A stretch of 64,000 bases of DNA from Sphaerodactylus townsendi. Lineage: Eukaryota. Below are positions 49,806 through 62,948 of the stretch, piece after piece; the first letter of the stretch is position 1, and every line of letters starts with the position of its first letter. A program made the translations under genes and the position numbers. The DNA lies in the NCBI RefSeq assembly GCF_021028975.2, contig NC_059427.1, forward strand, positions 10,726,001 to 10,790,000, read 5' to 3'. The notes under the pieces were generated by a model. The model was not told the DNA's origin. It did no database searches and was given only the letters and a program-made list of their open reading frames with translations.

Positions 49806-50308
49806 CAGTGATGGCAAACCTTTTCGAGACCGAGTGCCCAAATGGCCCAAATGACCCACTTATTTATCGCAAAGTGCCAACACGGCAATTTAACCTGAGG
49901 TTTTAGTTTAGGAAAAACGGTTGGCTCTGAGGTGTGCGTTACTCGGGAGTAAGCTTGGTGGTAGTCGGTGGCTTTGCTTTGAAGCAACCGTGCAACTCTT
50001 CCAATGGGTGAATCATGACCCTAGGAGGGTTTACTCAGAAGCAAGCCCCATTGCCAGCAACCGAGCTTACTCCCAGGTAAAGGATCGCGCTTTAGTTCTT
50101 CGCATGAAAATCAGTGGGGTTTAACAGCGCTTAACAGGGTTACCTACACTGCTTCCCCAAAACTAGGTCCTCGGTTTAATGCGAATAATCGAGCCCAGCG
50201 GTCCAGGCCAGCCTAGATGTATGGGGGGGGGGGGACTGTTTGTGCGTGCCCACAGTGAGGGCTCTGAGTGCCACCTCTGGCACCTGTGCCATAGGTTCGC
50301 CACCATTG
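49806..50308. mobile_element. hAT MITE (CAGTGATGGC family)
   Basis: TIRs with TSD ccttaggc/ccttagga. Confidence 0.88.
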
Positions 50309-50630
50309 CCTTAGGATGCAGATTGGCATAAGGTCACCCATTGAGCTTCCAAGGCAGAGTGGGGATTTGAACTTGAGTCTCCCACATACTAGTCCAACAC
50401 TCTAACCAGGCTGCACGCTTAAGACGCAGGTTTAAAAAAAACATCTGGAAATAGCACTTACTGGTTGATCTTGGACCGTCCAGCCTAACATAAATCACAG
50501 GACTGATGTGAGGATTAAAGGGGGAGGGGGAAACCTGTACATTTTCCTGTACATTTTTCCTGGGATCTTTAAATGATGGGTGGGATGGGAATGGAAGAAA
50601 ATAGCTAACGATACTTTGTTTTAATTCCAG

Positions 50631-51514
50631 AAGACAATGGGCAAACGATTGAGAGTGAAGCAGAGAATCTTCCTCCAGAGAAACCTGACCAAGCGGAAGG
50701 CAGCATGAAGCTGGCGGAATGGGTAGCAGGGAAGCATCCGCAGGATTCTCCGTTTGTCCAAGACGGCAAGAAAGAAAGGCAGAACCTTCCACCAGAGAGA
50801 GCCAGACAGGCTGAAGTCAGCGAAATCTCTTTGGAAAAGCCCAGTGGGAACCTCTTCCATGTTCATAAAGGGGATGGAGCACCGGGAAGTCAACCGGGCT
50901 CCAAACGACCCCAGGAAAATCCTCCAAGGAAGACGCTGCAGAGAGACATTGATTGCAGGGTGGAAGATGATGGAATCTTAAACGAGAGCCTGTCTCAAGA
51001 GAGGGTCCCTGCAGCCGAGTGTGGGAAAAGCTTCAGTCTGGGTTTGGACCTTGGTCCACCTCCAAAGACCCAATCCTATGAATGTTCATACTGTGGGAAA
51101 AGGTGGCCATGCCAATCTCAGCTGCGCAGGCATGTGAAAATCCACACGGGGGAAAGACCGCACAAGTGTATGGACTGTGGGAAAAGCTTCAGCACTAGCT
51201 CCAACCTCAGCCAGCACAAAAGGGTACACACAGGAGAGAGGCCCTACATTTGCAAAGACTGTGGGAAAAGCTACCGGCGCAGGGCCTCCCTGGTCCAACA
51301 CGAGAGGGAAACCTGCGCAAAGGGAAGCCATTTGAACACCTCGGCGGTGGGTTATGTTGTTTTGGGAAACTGCACTTTGCTTTGCGTGAAAAAGTCGACA
51401 CCAGGTGGAAGAAACCGTGTCATTGCTCCGAAGGGGGGAGAACCGCCTCTAGCCCCTCCGCCCCTAAAGGTTTTGACAGGGTACAGCCAGGAGAGAAGTC
51501 ACTCAAATGATTAA
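50631..51514 (+). CDS. SCAN-ZNF gene D, zinc-finger exon (2 C2H2 and 1 C2HC finger, then a frameshifted tail)
   Basis: Phase-1 acceptor ATTCCAG|AA in frame with ORF 50705-51514. Confidence 0.82.
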
Positions 51515-52285
51515 GTTGGGTTGGGAGGGGGAAGGGGGACAGATTCTAGCGGCAGGCCAAACCTCCTCATTCAACGCAAGGCGGGTCTTGATGAGGAAGA
51601 CAGTGGTTCGAAGTGCAGCGAAAATATTTTGTCAGGAATCACAGGTGACTGTGTGAGAGAGAGTCGTGTCGTCTGACCCCCACACATGCAGAAACCATTT
51701 TCCACTCTGACTTATTTTGCAGGCCTTAAATTGGTCAATGAGTGAGAATTTGCCTGGAAGCTAAGGAACGGCTGTAAGGTGCTCAAAATAGAGATGACGA
51801 GGTGTCTGTGTCTATTGCACTGAACTTTATTATTATTATTATAGAGTCCACAATGCCTTTTTTTTTTGAGGAGGAAAATAAAAATGTGCCTGTAATAGGA
51901 TTACAGATTTTTATGTTCTTAAAAGAAAGTGGATTAGGGTTGGGAGAACCTAGGCTTTGCTTAAATAAAAGTTTAGGAGGACTTTTAGGCAGGGTCAGAT
52001 TTTATATCCTCACACATAGATACCCTAGTGAAACCTCTCAGCTAGGAGCAAAATTCTAAATACAAGATCAACATGCACTTGATTGGAAACTCCCTCCAGA
52101 AACCGAACCAATGTACTGGAGCAGAACCTTTGAACTGTGCTACAAAAACATCTGTGAGGTTACAACAGTGAGAGAGAAAATAATGTATTTCATGTCTACT
52201 TTTTTTAGTTGTTTTTTCCTCCCTCCATATTTTGCGTTTCAGGGCATCACGTTCTTTATAGAAGATTATAATAACAAGTTTCAAG

Positions 52286-52677
52286 CAGTGGTGGGATCCA
52301 AAAATTTTAGTAACAGGTTCCCATGGTGGTGGGATTCAAACTGTGGCATAGCGCCAATGGGGCTGGGTGAGGCACGACGGGGGCGTGGCCAGGCATTCCG
52401 GGGGCGGAGCATTCCTGGGCTGGGCTATGGCAAGGACATAGCCGCTGTGCTGGTCCTTGGGCGGGAAACGAATGCACGCAGGCGCAGGCTGCCACGCACG
52501 CCGTTGCACCTCCTGCTAGACTGCTTCAATTTCTGCGCGCTACTGCTGAGAGGAGGGGCGTAACTGAGGCAAAAATCACGTGGCAAAATCACCAATTAGT
52601 AACCCCCTCTCGGCACACACAAATAATTAGTAACCTACTCTCGGGAACCTGTGAGAACCTGCTGGATCCCACCTCTG
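52286..52677. mobile_element. hAT MITE
   Basis: TIRs with perfect TSD gtttcaag. Confidence 0.9.
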
Positions 52678-53337
52678 GTTTCAAGCCTCCTGCTCGGCGT
52701 AGACCCTTTTGTGCAGTGCTCTAACCACTGTCCACCACTGATTCTCAGTATCTCCTTACCTTCACAGGGTTCTTGTGGGAATACTTTTAGGTAAGGTGGT
52801 CATCTTGTAAATGGGCTGCACTATGTAAGATAGCAGGGAGAGTCTTATGCTAATACAATGTTTTTCCACACTTAAAAAAAGAAAAAATTCCTGAATATAG
52901 AAAACGAGTATGTCAGACAGATGACTAAAACCCATCTCCCTGATACCCACTCTTCTACAGGCAGGGATTTTTTTTTTTGGTAGGAGCATTCCATTGCACA
53001 TGAAACCTGAGAGTGGTACAGTCCAGGCACAGTTGACCACCTCAGCTAGACATGAACTTGATCAATACTGTTTAACAAAGCTCATGGCAGAATGCCGACC
53101 TGGATACAGACTTGCCTGATCCGAGCCCCAAACTGGCTTCTGCAAGACACTGGTTCTCATAGAGATGACCCATATTCTGCTCCTGGAAACAAGGAACACT
53201 GTTTTTAAATATGAAGCTTTGGTGACAATTTCCTAACTTTAGGAAATCAAAATTCCTTTTCTTCCCCTTGGTGAGGGAGTAGGGCTCCCAGTTCCTCTAC
53301 CTGTAACAACTACCTGGTGTATAAACATGTAAATTTA

Positions 53338-54050
53338 GCAAGCCTTTATTGGCATAGACAACAGTACAACAATAATAAAAAAACGGATTAAAAAGTATAT
53401 ACAATACAGGGAATAAATGTTAGGTCGAAGGAAATCTACTGGCGTTTAGTAATTTCCAGGAGAAAGTCTGCCACTATCATACAGAGAGAAGGATCAGGAT
53501 TGTCCAACAAGTAGTGTAATCTAATTAAATCGGGGAGATGGTGTAAATGTAAAGGTGTAAGATTCACATACTTGGATCTGATTTCCTTGAATCTGAGACA
53601 GTGTAGTAATTGGTGGGCCAGAGATTCAACTGAGCCATTGTTACATGGGCACAATCTTTTAGCCTTTTCTTGCTTATTAAATCTGCCATGTAACAAGTCA
53701 GAAGGCATAACATTAAACCTGGCGAGCAGTATGGCTCTCCTTTGAGCAGGGTTTATTAAACAATACAGGTAGTGTGCCAGGTGGCCCCGTTCAAATGGGA
53801 GAGAAAAATACAGGGGGGAGCACGTTTTCTTGGCTGCGGTGATTAGGGTAGAGAACTCTCTATCCAATAGTTGACTTTTAAATTTTCTATAAGCTTCTGA
53901 ATAGGACAAAGGGCAAAGTGAATCCACTGACAGTCCAATAGAGGCCTTTTTTTTTCAATTATGGAAAACCAGGGGTTTGAATGGGTATCAGAGAGCAGAC
54001 GGTGGACCAGGGAATTACAGTCTGAGAGAGAATGAATTCGCAGCCAGAAT
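53338..54050 (-). mobile_element. Second copy of the CCHC-knuckle LINE 3' end
   Basis: 163-aa ORF highly similar to that of 40953-41510; 5' boundary approximate. Confidence 0.8.
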
Positions 54051-54207
54051 CTAAAAGGTGTTCAAACATGAGCAAGTGATAACAGGCCATGACAAGCTTG
54101 CTGAATTGGCTTCTGCAAATCAATGTATAATTTACAGGGACCAGAGCAAAGCCTGGTCAGGCTCCCCGAGTCCTACCCCATCCTTTAGTTTGTTGGTGAC
54201 CCTAGAA

Positions 54208-54795
54208 CAGTGATGGCGAACTTTTTCGAGACCAAGTGCCCAAACTGCAACCCAAAACCCACTTATTTATCGCAAAGTGCCAACATGGCAATTTAACTTT
54301 TTAAAGTTGTTTTATCATTGTTGTTCACCGCCCTGAGCCCCATAGGGGGAGGGAGGTTTAGAAATCAAATAAATAAACCTGAATACTGATGTTTTAGTAT
54401 AGAAAAAATGGTTGACTCCAAGGCGCGCGTTACTCGGGAGTAAGCTTGGTGGTACTTGGTGGCTTTGCTCTGAAGCAACTGTGCAACGCTTCGAACAGGT
54501 GAATCAAAACCCTAGGAGGGTTTACTCAGAAGCAAGCCCCATTGCCAGCAACCGAGCTTACTCCCAGGATCGTAAAGGATCGTGCTTTAGTTCTTTGCAT
54601 GAAAATCAGTAGGGTTAAACAGTGCTTAACAGGGTTACCTACACTGCTTCCCCAAAACTAGGTCTTAGGTTTAATGCTAATAATCTCCCTGAAATAATTA
54701 CACTATTATCACATGACAAACTCTGTGCATGCGTGCCCACAGAGAGGGCTCTGAGTGCCACCTCTGGCACCCGTGCCATAGGTTCGCCACCACCG
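54208..54795. mobile_element. hAT MITE with a nested short L2-type tail insertion (about 54298-54377)
   Basis: Perfect TSD ccctagaa. The extra segment ending in (AAAT)n is absent from the sister copies. Confidence 0.88.
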
Positions 54796-55256
54796 CCCTA
54801 GAAGGTGGAATTATATTTGCAGGGCTGTTACGCCCATCTGCCTCACCCCCTGGGAGACCCCAACGCTTTGGGCTGTTGCGTCACAGCGAGACCAGGCCCC
54901 AGGATCAAATCCCAGTTTCATTGCAAGAGGTTCTAATGGAGGAAGGGCTTTGGATATCTCGTGACCAGAGTGGTGGGGCTTCTGAGTATTCAAATGGGGC
55001 AATCTGTCTCATCCTGCACTTGATCCAATCTGTGAAGTAGGTTAGGTTAAGTGGAAGCAATAGTCGCAGGGCCACCCATTACACTTCCCAGTCTCCGATG
55101 CTCTAACCACTACACTACATCGGTTCAATTAAATTCCTGGAGGTGCTATGTACAGCAGTTGCACAGAAATAAATAAAAGAAGAGTCATAATTATGAACTG
55201 GTAAATTACCAGAGCCTTTCCAGGAAAGCTGTGCTTTAGTGCAGATGTCCCCAACA

Positions 55257-55612
55257 CAGAGGTGGGATCCAGCAGGTTCTCTCAGGTTCCCGAGAGTAGG
55301 TTACTAATTATTTGTGTGTGCCGAGAGGGGGTTACTAATTGGTGATTTTGCCACGTGATTTTTGCCTTAGTTACGCCCCTCCTCTCAGCAGTAGCGCGCA
55401 GAACTTGAAGCAGTCTAGCAGGAGGGGCACTGGCGTGCGTGGCAGCCTGCGCCTGCGTGCATTCGTTTCCCGCCCAAGGACCGGCGCAGCGGCTGCATCT
55501 TTGCCACAGCCCCACCCCCGGAATGCCCCGCCCAGCTCCATTGGTGCTACGCCACAGTTTGAATCCCACCACCATGGGAACCTGTTACTAAAATTTTTGG
55601 ATCCCACCACTG
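55257..55612. mobile_element. hAT MITE, reverse copy of the 52286 family
   Basis: TIRs with perfect TSD ccccaaca. Confidence 0.9.
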
Positions 55613-57552
55613 CCCCAACATGATACACTTGGGCACCATGATGCCTACCAATTGTGGGCAGTGCTAGGGGGGGACTTTTGCCCAGGCAGGCTTTTGATTG
55701 GCCTTTGAGAATTTGATTGGCAGTGCGATTTTTTAAAAATGTTGCTTTGGCAGCAGCTGCCACAACACAAAGATCTTCACTGTGGGACAGAAAATAAACC
55801 ACGGCAGCCATTTAAGGCATGGTACCTATTGATTAGGATTTCCCTGCAAATCCCAAAATCCACTGTTCCATGGCAGGGATGGCAGATTCTACATCTAAGG
55901 GCCCCCACGAGACCATTTCAGAAGCACTTTTGAATTTCCATGGAAGGACAATAAAATTCCAACAAGACTGGATTTTAAAAATCAGACCTTGGAGAGATGG
56001 CAAGGCTGACGGTGTTTATAAGAGACATGGACCAAAACAAGTAAGGAAGTTCCGCTGGGCCTGCAAATTAGCCGACGTTCCCAAAGAACTGAGGCAAAAC
56101 CGGCAAAAATAAAGGACCAGGAGATATTATTGAAGAAATGGGAGGGTGAGGGCTAACACTAGGGTGTCAGTGAAGTTGCCTGGTTGCGGAGACAGGTCAC
56201 AGGGAACGTCGAAGTTGTCAGAAAGAGAACCCTAAAGAAAAATGCTGCTGTTTCTTTAGAGGGGAGGGGGCCTGCTCTTCAGAACTACTAAGGTTTTGAA
56301 CTACTAAGTTCTCCCTTTTCTCTCACTGAGACAGGCACATTCCTGCTGAGCTTTAAAGCAGAGTTGCAATCTTTGCCCTGCCTCTCTGGTCACCACTCTT
56401 CTTGGTTCTGAAGAACAGGCTAGTTCTATTCAAAAAGGGGCTCCTCAGGAGAGTTCCGGGAGGGCCTCCGATCTCCCCAATACTTATAAAAGACAGAGGA
56501 AGATCAAAGCAGGAAGTCCAAGCATAGCAGGAAGATTGCAGACACAGAGAGCGCACTATAAGTTGCGTTTTTGCTATGGTCCAAATATTGAGCAGATGCT
56601 AGGCTCAAATGCCTTCGTTTCAGATTGAAGTGTATTTTCCACCTACCCCCCCCCCCCAATAAAACCCACTCCTGGTCTTGGACAGAAGCACCAAGTCCCC
56701 TCTGCTGTCTCAGGTAAGAGGTAGGTAGGAATCCAGATGCTTTATAGGCAATGTGTGTGTCCCCCCACCCCATTATGCTATTTTTGGCAAGCAAAGCCTT
56801 TTGTAAGACAAATCTGGATGGAAAACCAACCCTGCTACTCAGCAACAGCCTGCGAACCAACCGGCTCCTTTCCCCGCCCACCTTGGCAAAGTCTATTGCC
56901 GTGGTGGCGAACCTTTGGCACTCCAGATGTTATGGACTACAATTCCCATCAGCCCCTTCCAGCATGGTCAATTGGCCATGCTGGCAGAATGATGAAAGTA
57001 TGATCCTGTATCTCAAAAAGATGCTAAAATTCACCACCACTGGTCTATTGCAATCAGCCCCCTACCCTCCCTATAACTCCGCATGCGTTTCTTTGCATTG
57101 CTGCCCCCGCCCAGTGGAACAGAGGAAATCAGCACCCGCTGCCCCAAAATTGTAGACTGAAACATCGCGATGGCAGTAAACAAGGACTTTATTTTACCTT
57201 AACAAAAACAAAGAAACAAAAATGCTAGTTAGCAAGGAAAAGCAGTGGCAAAGACAATTTCAGTTAACCTTTAACATTACAGTGCATGGAGCAACAAAAA
57301 AAAGTACATGTAACAAGGAACATTGTTGAGTACACAGTCTTAACAGTCCACTGCGACCCCCAAACAAACAGGGAGGACAATCAGAAGTCTTAGCGTTGCC
57401 TTGCTTTTCTCACACACACCCGTTTTCTGCGTGGTCTTTGGTTTTCCTGACACTCTGAGAGAACAGGTGGTGGGTTTGGATCTGGGGCTGCTAGTGCATT
57501 CTGTGAATTGTTGTTTATCTTTGTAATGGCAACAGGCCATCGCAGTTAGATT

Positions 57553-57818
57553 CTATCCCACGACAGCCTGGGACTCCGCGCCTTCCTGCACAAGTCTGCA
57601 CTCCTCCATCCTCAGCTCGGACCTGCATCTTTTCTCGGCCATCTGATCCCTGTGGTGCTGCTGGGAACTCTCCACCTTACACTCAGCCTGCCCCACCGTG
57701 CACTTGGCAACATTGCTGAGCACAGCCACCTGCCTCTTCTGTTTCCCTGCACTGGTGGTGCAGGTGGCCAGGGACATCTGCCCCACTGGCATCTCCTCTG
57801 GAACCCCAGGGTCGCTTC
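57553..57818 (-). pseudogene. Candidate terminal exon of the Myb/SANT-like gene
   Basis: Acceptor CCTTTCAG|GA and an open charged, helical-looking frame (KQKRQ...QMAEKRCRSELRMEE). The link to the Myb exon is inferred. Confidence 0.35.
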
Positions 57819-58206
57819 CTGAAAGGACACAGAACATTAATGTCTCCCCCCCCACACTCCAAGCCAACATCTAGACACAAAAGTTGCTTCGGGTGGCCCC
57901 TGTTCGGCCAAAACTGGAAACCCCTGTGGTCAGGCGGCAATGTGCATGCATTGTCCAAAATGTGGGGCAGACACTTCACGTTGCCTGTCCATTTTCAAAG
58001 TCAAGACCACTTTCTGGAGGTACAAGACATAATACTGTCTCCCCGGAAAAAGCATAACAGCACCTGATAGCAGACTTGAGCGGTACTACTCAAAGTAGAC
58101 AAGTGGGCATATACAGCAAACTCCCACCTTCAAGAAGAAATTCTCCACACAGCAGATTCTTTCAAAAGAAGGCTTTTACCGTAGAGTTGCTATATGTACA
58201 TGATAC

Positions 58207-58443
58207 TACCCTGTTTCCCCTAATATAAGACATCCCCTAAAAATAAGACATAGTAGAGGTTTTGCTGAAGTGCGGAATATAAGGCATCCCCCGAAAGTAA
58301 GACATAGCAAAGTTTTTGTTTGGAAGCATGCCTGACAAACAGAACACAGGAAAAATAAGACATCCCCTAAAAATAAGACATAGCACATCTTTGGGAGCAA
58401 AAATTAATATAAGACACTGTCTTATATTCTGGGAAACACGGTA
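58207..58443. mobile_element. Tc1/mariner (Tigger/Tc2-like) MITE
   Basis: TA-flanked TIRs CCCTGTTTCCC / GGGAAACACGG with internal ATAAGACA repeats. Confidence 0.75.
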
Positions 58444-59161
58444 TATACAGAGTAGTTTAAACAGTCCAACAAAGTTGCTCCGTGGGACTACTTGTTCCCT
58501 AGGAACAACCACTTTGGTGCATTGCTTATTTGCTTATATACATGGTTCCACCCAATCACTGTAAAGGTCACTACAACTGGAATGAACGGTCTGCTTGTTC
58601 TCCAGCTGTCAGATCATTCCTTTCTTTGCTGACTCATGCTGCTGGATGCAGATCACTGCTGATCTAACTGTCTTAGTAGCACCTACCTTCAATGGCTCAC
58701 CTAGGTGCTGGGGTGGCTCTTCTGCAGCAGCACCTTCCCAAGGAGAGAGAAAATGGGCAACTCAGTATTGTCCCCACTACCAATTCACCTCAAAACGAGC
58801 AACAGGATCTCTCCCACAATTGTGATTCCCCACCTCGTAGCAAGTGACTGAAAACAACCACACATTGTCCATTGTTGGGGAACAGAAAACCTTTTGAAGG
58901 TGGGGCAGAAGGAAACCATTTTTGTGATGGGGGGGATTGTGGTAGTGGGATGAACTATTGGTTTGGTTTCACAATACTTTCATGTAAAACGTACATAAAA
59001 CTCCCACAACAATAGCCATCCTGATACCTAAATTGTAGACAACTGTGTTGCACCCCCCTCAGCTGAGCCAGGCCAGGGCCCGGGCCACCATCTCTGTGCA
59101 GAGGTCCTGGGCTGCATGGCATTCCAATGGCGGGCAGAAATGGTGCAGCCTCACCTCAGAC

Positions 59162-60198
59162 TGTTGGGATCTTGCAAGTGTCTGTCACAACTCAGTTATA
59201 AAAGGGTTAACTGTATGTATACATGTTGCTGAAGTCACAATTCACGACCTGATCTATTGATTAGCTATTGGTCAGTGAGATAGCCATTGATTACATGTTA
59301 GTGAGCACGTACATCTGAAGTTATAAAGTCAACTCTGTTTCTCTGTTTGAGCAGACACGACACCAGAGAGGAGACACGAAGTAGACATTATGTGAGACAG
59401 CAGATAGGTAGCAAGATGTAACCAAACGTACTGTAATGTAGATGTGTAACAGGAAAGAAAGGATTTCTTATTTTTTTCCTCGAAGTAGACATTATGTGAG
59501 ACAGCAGATAGGTAGCAAGATGTAACCAAACGTACTGTAATGTAGATGTGTAACAGGAAAGAAAGGATTTCTTATTTTTTTCCTCGAAGTAGACATTATG
59601 TGAGACAGCAGATAGGTAGCAAGATGTAACCAAACGTACTGTAATGTAGATGTGTAACAGGAAAGAAAGGATTTCTTATTTTTTTCCTCGAAGTAGACAT
59701 TATGTGAGACAACAGATAGGTAGCAAGATGTAACCAAAGCGTGCTGCCAGTGTAGATGTGTAACAGGAAAGAAAGGATTTCTTATTTTTTTCCTCGAAGT
59801 AGACATTATGTGAGACAGCAGATAGGTAGCAAGATGTAACCAAACGTACTGTAATGTAGATGTGTAACAGGAAAGAAAGGATTTCTTATTTTTTTCCTCG
59901 AAGTAGACATTATGTGAGACAGCAGATAGGTAGCAAGATGTAAGCGATGCATTGTAATGTAGATATGTAGCAGGAAAAGAAAAGGATTTCTTTATTTTTT
60001 TCCCTCTGATAGACATTATCGTGGAGACAGCAGATAGGTAGCAAGATGTAATCCAAACGTACTGTAATGTAGATGTGAAACAGGAAAGAAAGGATTTATT
60101 TTTTTCTCCGCGTAATCCTCCCTTATAGTTAGTAAAGTATAAAAAGCAACTGAGAATCTGTCTCTTCTGTCCTACTCTGCTAATATATATACATAACA
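59162..60198 (+). mobile_element. Probable solo LTR expanded by an internal tandem array
   Basis: TGTT...AACA termini, flanks cagac/cagag (5-bp TSD with one mismatch), TATAAA at about 59324 and AGTAAA at about 60131. Confidence 0.5.
59377..60108. repeat. 104-bp tandem repeat, about 7 copies
   Basis: Units start at 59377, 59481, 59585, 59689, 59795, 59899 and about 60005. The first three are identical. Confidence 0.95.
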
Positions 60199-61820
60199 CA
60201 GAGCTGCATGAACCCCCAGCTGAAGGGGGGGGGACACAAAATAGGCAGCTGGTGGTGGCTGCTCCATATGAGGTCTACTCGGGAAGCAGGAAATGTATGT
60301 GCCTACACCAAACTCAAAGGAGAAAATAGGACCTGGTGTCTCCCCCAATTTCAGCTGAGTTCTGTACGTTTCACATTTGCCCGGCAGTCTATTGGTTGGC
60401 AGTTGTTTGCAGCAGAAGCAATAATAATATAATACCCTGCAGAGCCCCCACAAACCAGTAATGGCAGCAAAATGGAGGCTGCAAGGGAAAGATAACGGGG
60501 AAGGGGCCGGACAGCAACATGGGATGAGAGTGTGAGGACAAAAGAGAGGAACAGCTCCTTTGTGGGAGGGGAAAAGGCGGGACGGAAGAACGTGTTTGAC
60601 ACATGGTCTACTTTGCCTGCAAAGAGGGGAAAGGTCAGGTTTTCCCTGCATAAAGTGTGGTTGCTTTGAAACAGTTGCATAACTGAAAATCTAACCAGGC
60701 AAATAGATCAGTTGCAGACACCCACCCACCCCCCACCCCCCAAAAAAATCAACTTAAGGCAAGGAGACATTTCATGTACAATTGGCCAGTATCCGGTTCC
60801 ATTTTATACTCCCAACAAACTTGTGACTTAGGTTAGACTGAGAGCACGTAACTGGCTCAAAGCAACACAGTGAGCTTCCACAGTGCAGTGGGGATTCAAA
60901 CCTGGGTTTCCCAGATCCCGCTACAACACTTTAACCACCACACAACACTGGCTATAATAATATTCCGGTGCTGAATTAAAAATTAAAAAAATGCGAAAGG
61001 CCTGTTGGCCCAGGGGAGTGAGGGTAGCCACTTCCAGGAGACAGGAAGGGAAACCTACCATGTGGAACCCCCGCCCCCATCAAGCTTAATCTGCAGCCAC
61101 AGATGTAATGGAAAAAAAGAAACAAAAACTATCCTCCATGTAAGGAAGTCACCATCATTATTCCCCAAATGAGTCAAAAAAGGTAGGTTCGTGTGAGGGT
61201 GGAGTGTGATCATGCATGTTGACCAAACGTACCTGAGGTTGCAGAATCAGACCACCAGAAATCGCTGCTGATGGGCGAAGTGGAGTCCACTCTAATGGTT
61301 GTGATTTGCCAGGACCTGTAGGTATCGATAAAGAAGTATGAATAGCAAAAATACAGAAAGCAGCACCTGTCAGGAAGAAGAGAGCCGAACATACTTTGAG
61401 TTGCTTTCAACCATAAAGAGCCTTTGGGGATGAGGCGATTATAAAAAAATTCTAGGCAATAAATAAATAAATAAAAGTTTACCAACTTAAAGGGTAGGGT
61501 TGTTCGGAATAAAAACAAATAAACGTTATGCTGCTCTGTTATATTTACAGTACTCACAATGCACTTAAGACTACATCTTGACTACATATTCTACTTCTTT
61601 CTCTCCAAGTACTCCAGTCTACTCTATTCTGCTAGAACAAAGAAAACAAGTTAACTTTCTAACTTCTGATGGGAATGCTTCTAACCTGTAACCAGCGATT
61701 ACCTGACTGACCAATACCAATAGCTAATCAACAGGTCAACACATTACAATATCACCTGGGCACCCTGTTTACATACAAACAGATGTTTCACCACTGGTTG
61801 TGACAGACACTTGCAAATAC

Positions 61821-62183
61821 CTAAGGATTTCCCCCATGGGTTTGGGGATCCCATCGCCTTGCAGAATCCAATCCAGCTCTGAGTAGAAAGGGCTGGTTCT
61901 GGGGGTCTTAAAGCAATAAGTGTTGTTTGCAAAAGCCCTCTTGTGCTCTTCGAGTCGCGAATCCCCGCGATTTTGGCCCGACTTGCTCCAGCGCACAGAA
62001 CGCAATAGCCAGCGCCGAGCGCCATTGCTCGGCAATTCTTTGGAAGCCATCGCAGGTCCTTTTCCGGCGGGAGGGTCGGAGGACCTCCTCCATCTTCTTA
62101 CTCCAAACCCGTACCAAGTCCTTGGTCTCCCTTTCTGTCCAGGGCCCCCCACCTACTCCCTCAGAAGCGTCTCTCGACTGCAT
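61821..62183 (-). pseudogene. Myb/SANT-like (trihelix; Harbinger ORF2/MSANTD-type) DNA-binding domain exon, frameshifted
   Basis: Read across frames: WTERETKDLVRVW...FQRIAEQ / MALGAGY...RAKIAGIR / EEHKRAFANN...RTSPFYSELDWIL, in the motif order of Myb_DNA-bind_4. GCCATG start in CpG-rich DNA. Confidence 0.75.
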
Positions 62184-62948
62184 GGCCGAAAAGGAACTCA
62201 GCACTTAGAACACGCGGCGCTTTAAAAGGGCGCGGGAGTTTGGCGAGCTCTTCCGGGTAGAACGTTCCCGGGAGCGCCTTTTCCCGCCTCTGCAGATTGA
62301 CCAATCCCAGTGCGACTACCAAAAATAGTGAGGTGGGCGGGGCCATGGGAAACGGGGCAAACGGCGGTGCAGCATGTAAAATCGCACTTGAGGCGGGGAG
62401 ATGAAAAAAGCTTTGTGGCAGAAACGCCATCAGTCTCCAATGCACTCTGAAATAAAGCAAATCCAGAGAGTTCTGCCCCGGGAACGTCCCATTCTTTGGG
62501 GAAGAAGCTAGGATTTAGCAATGCAGTCTATAAAATTCACTGGAAAGGAACGGAGGATTTATTTATTTGCGCGACCTCTCTTGGAGGCTCAGGTTACCTT
62601 TCGGGCTGGATTTAAGTTTGTCAGCTTCTGAGCTGGCCTTTGTTTTTGTGCCTGCATAAAAGGATAATCGAAGCGAGCTAGCAAACCGGGGGGGTGTTTT
62701 CTGTCTGGTCAGAGTTGGCCTCAGCTGTGAAATGACCTCTCCCAGGGAGGTTTAAAGTGTGCCTCTGAGCATGTGCCAATTGCCCTTTTCTGGACCCAGA
62801 GGCCCCCCTTATCTTTCTTGCTAAATGAGCATCTGTTAACAAGAAGGAGTCCGCTTCGCTAGTTAGGAGACTCTGAAATTTCTTCTCCCCGCACCAATTC
62901 TCTCCGTGCTCAGAGTCTCCTCTTCACAGGTTTTCCCGGAGAAGTTAG

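Noticed and set aside
55790-56690. Possible additional solo LTR
   Set aside because: TATA-like and AATAAA signals are present, but no convincing TG...CA termini with a TSD could be placed.
59377-60108. Regular repeat array resembling CRISPR, and the 235-aa ORF 59492-60199
   Set aside because: Units are head-to-tail with no unique spacers, the context is vertebrate with no cas genes, and the ORF is a by-product of the repeat.
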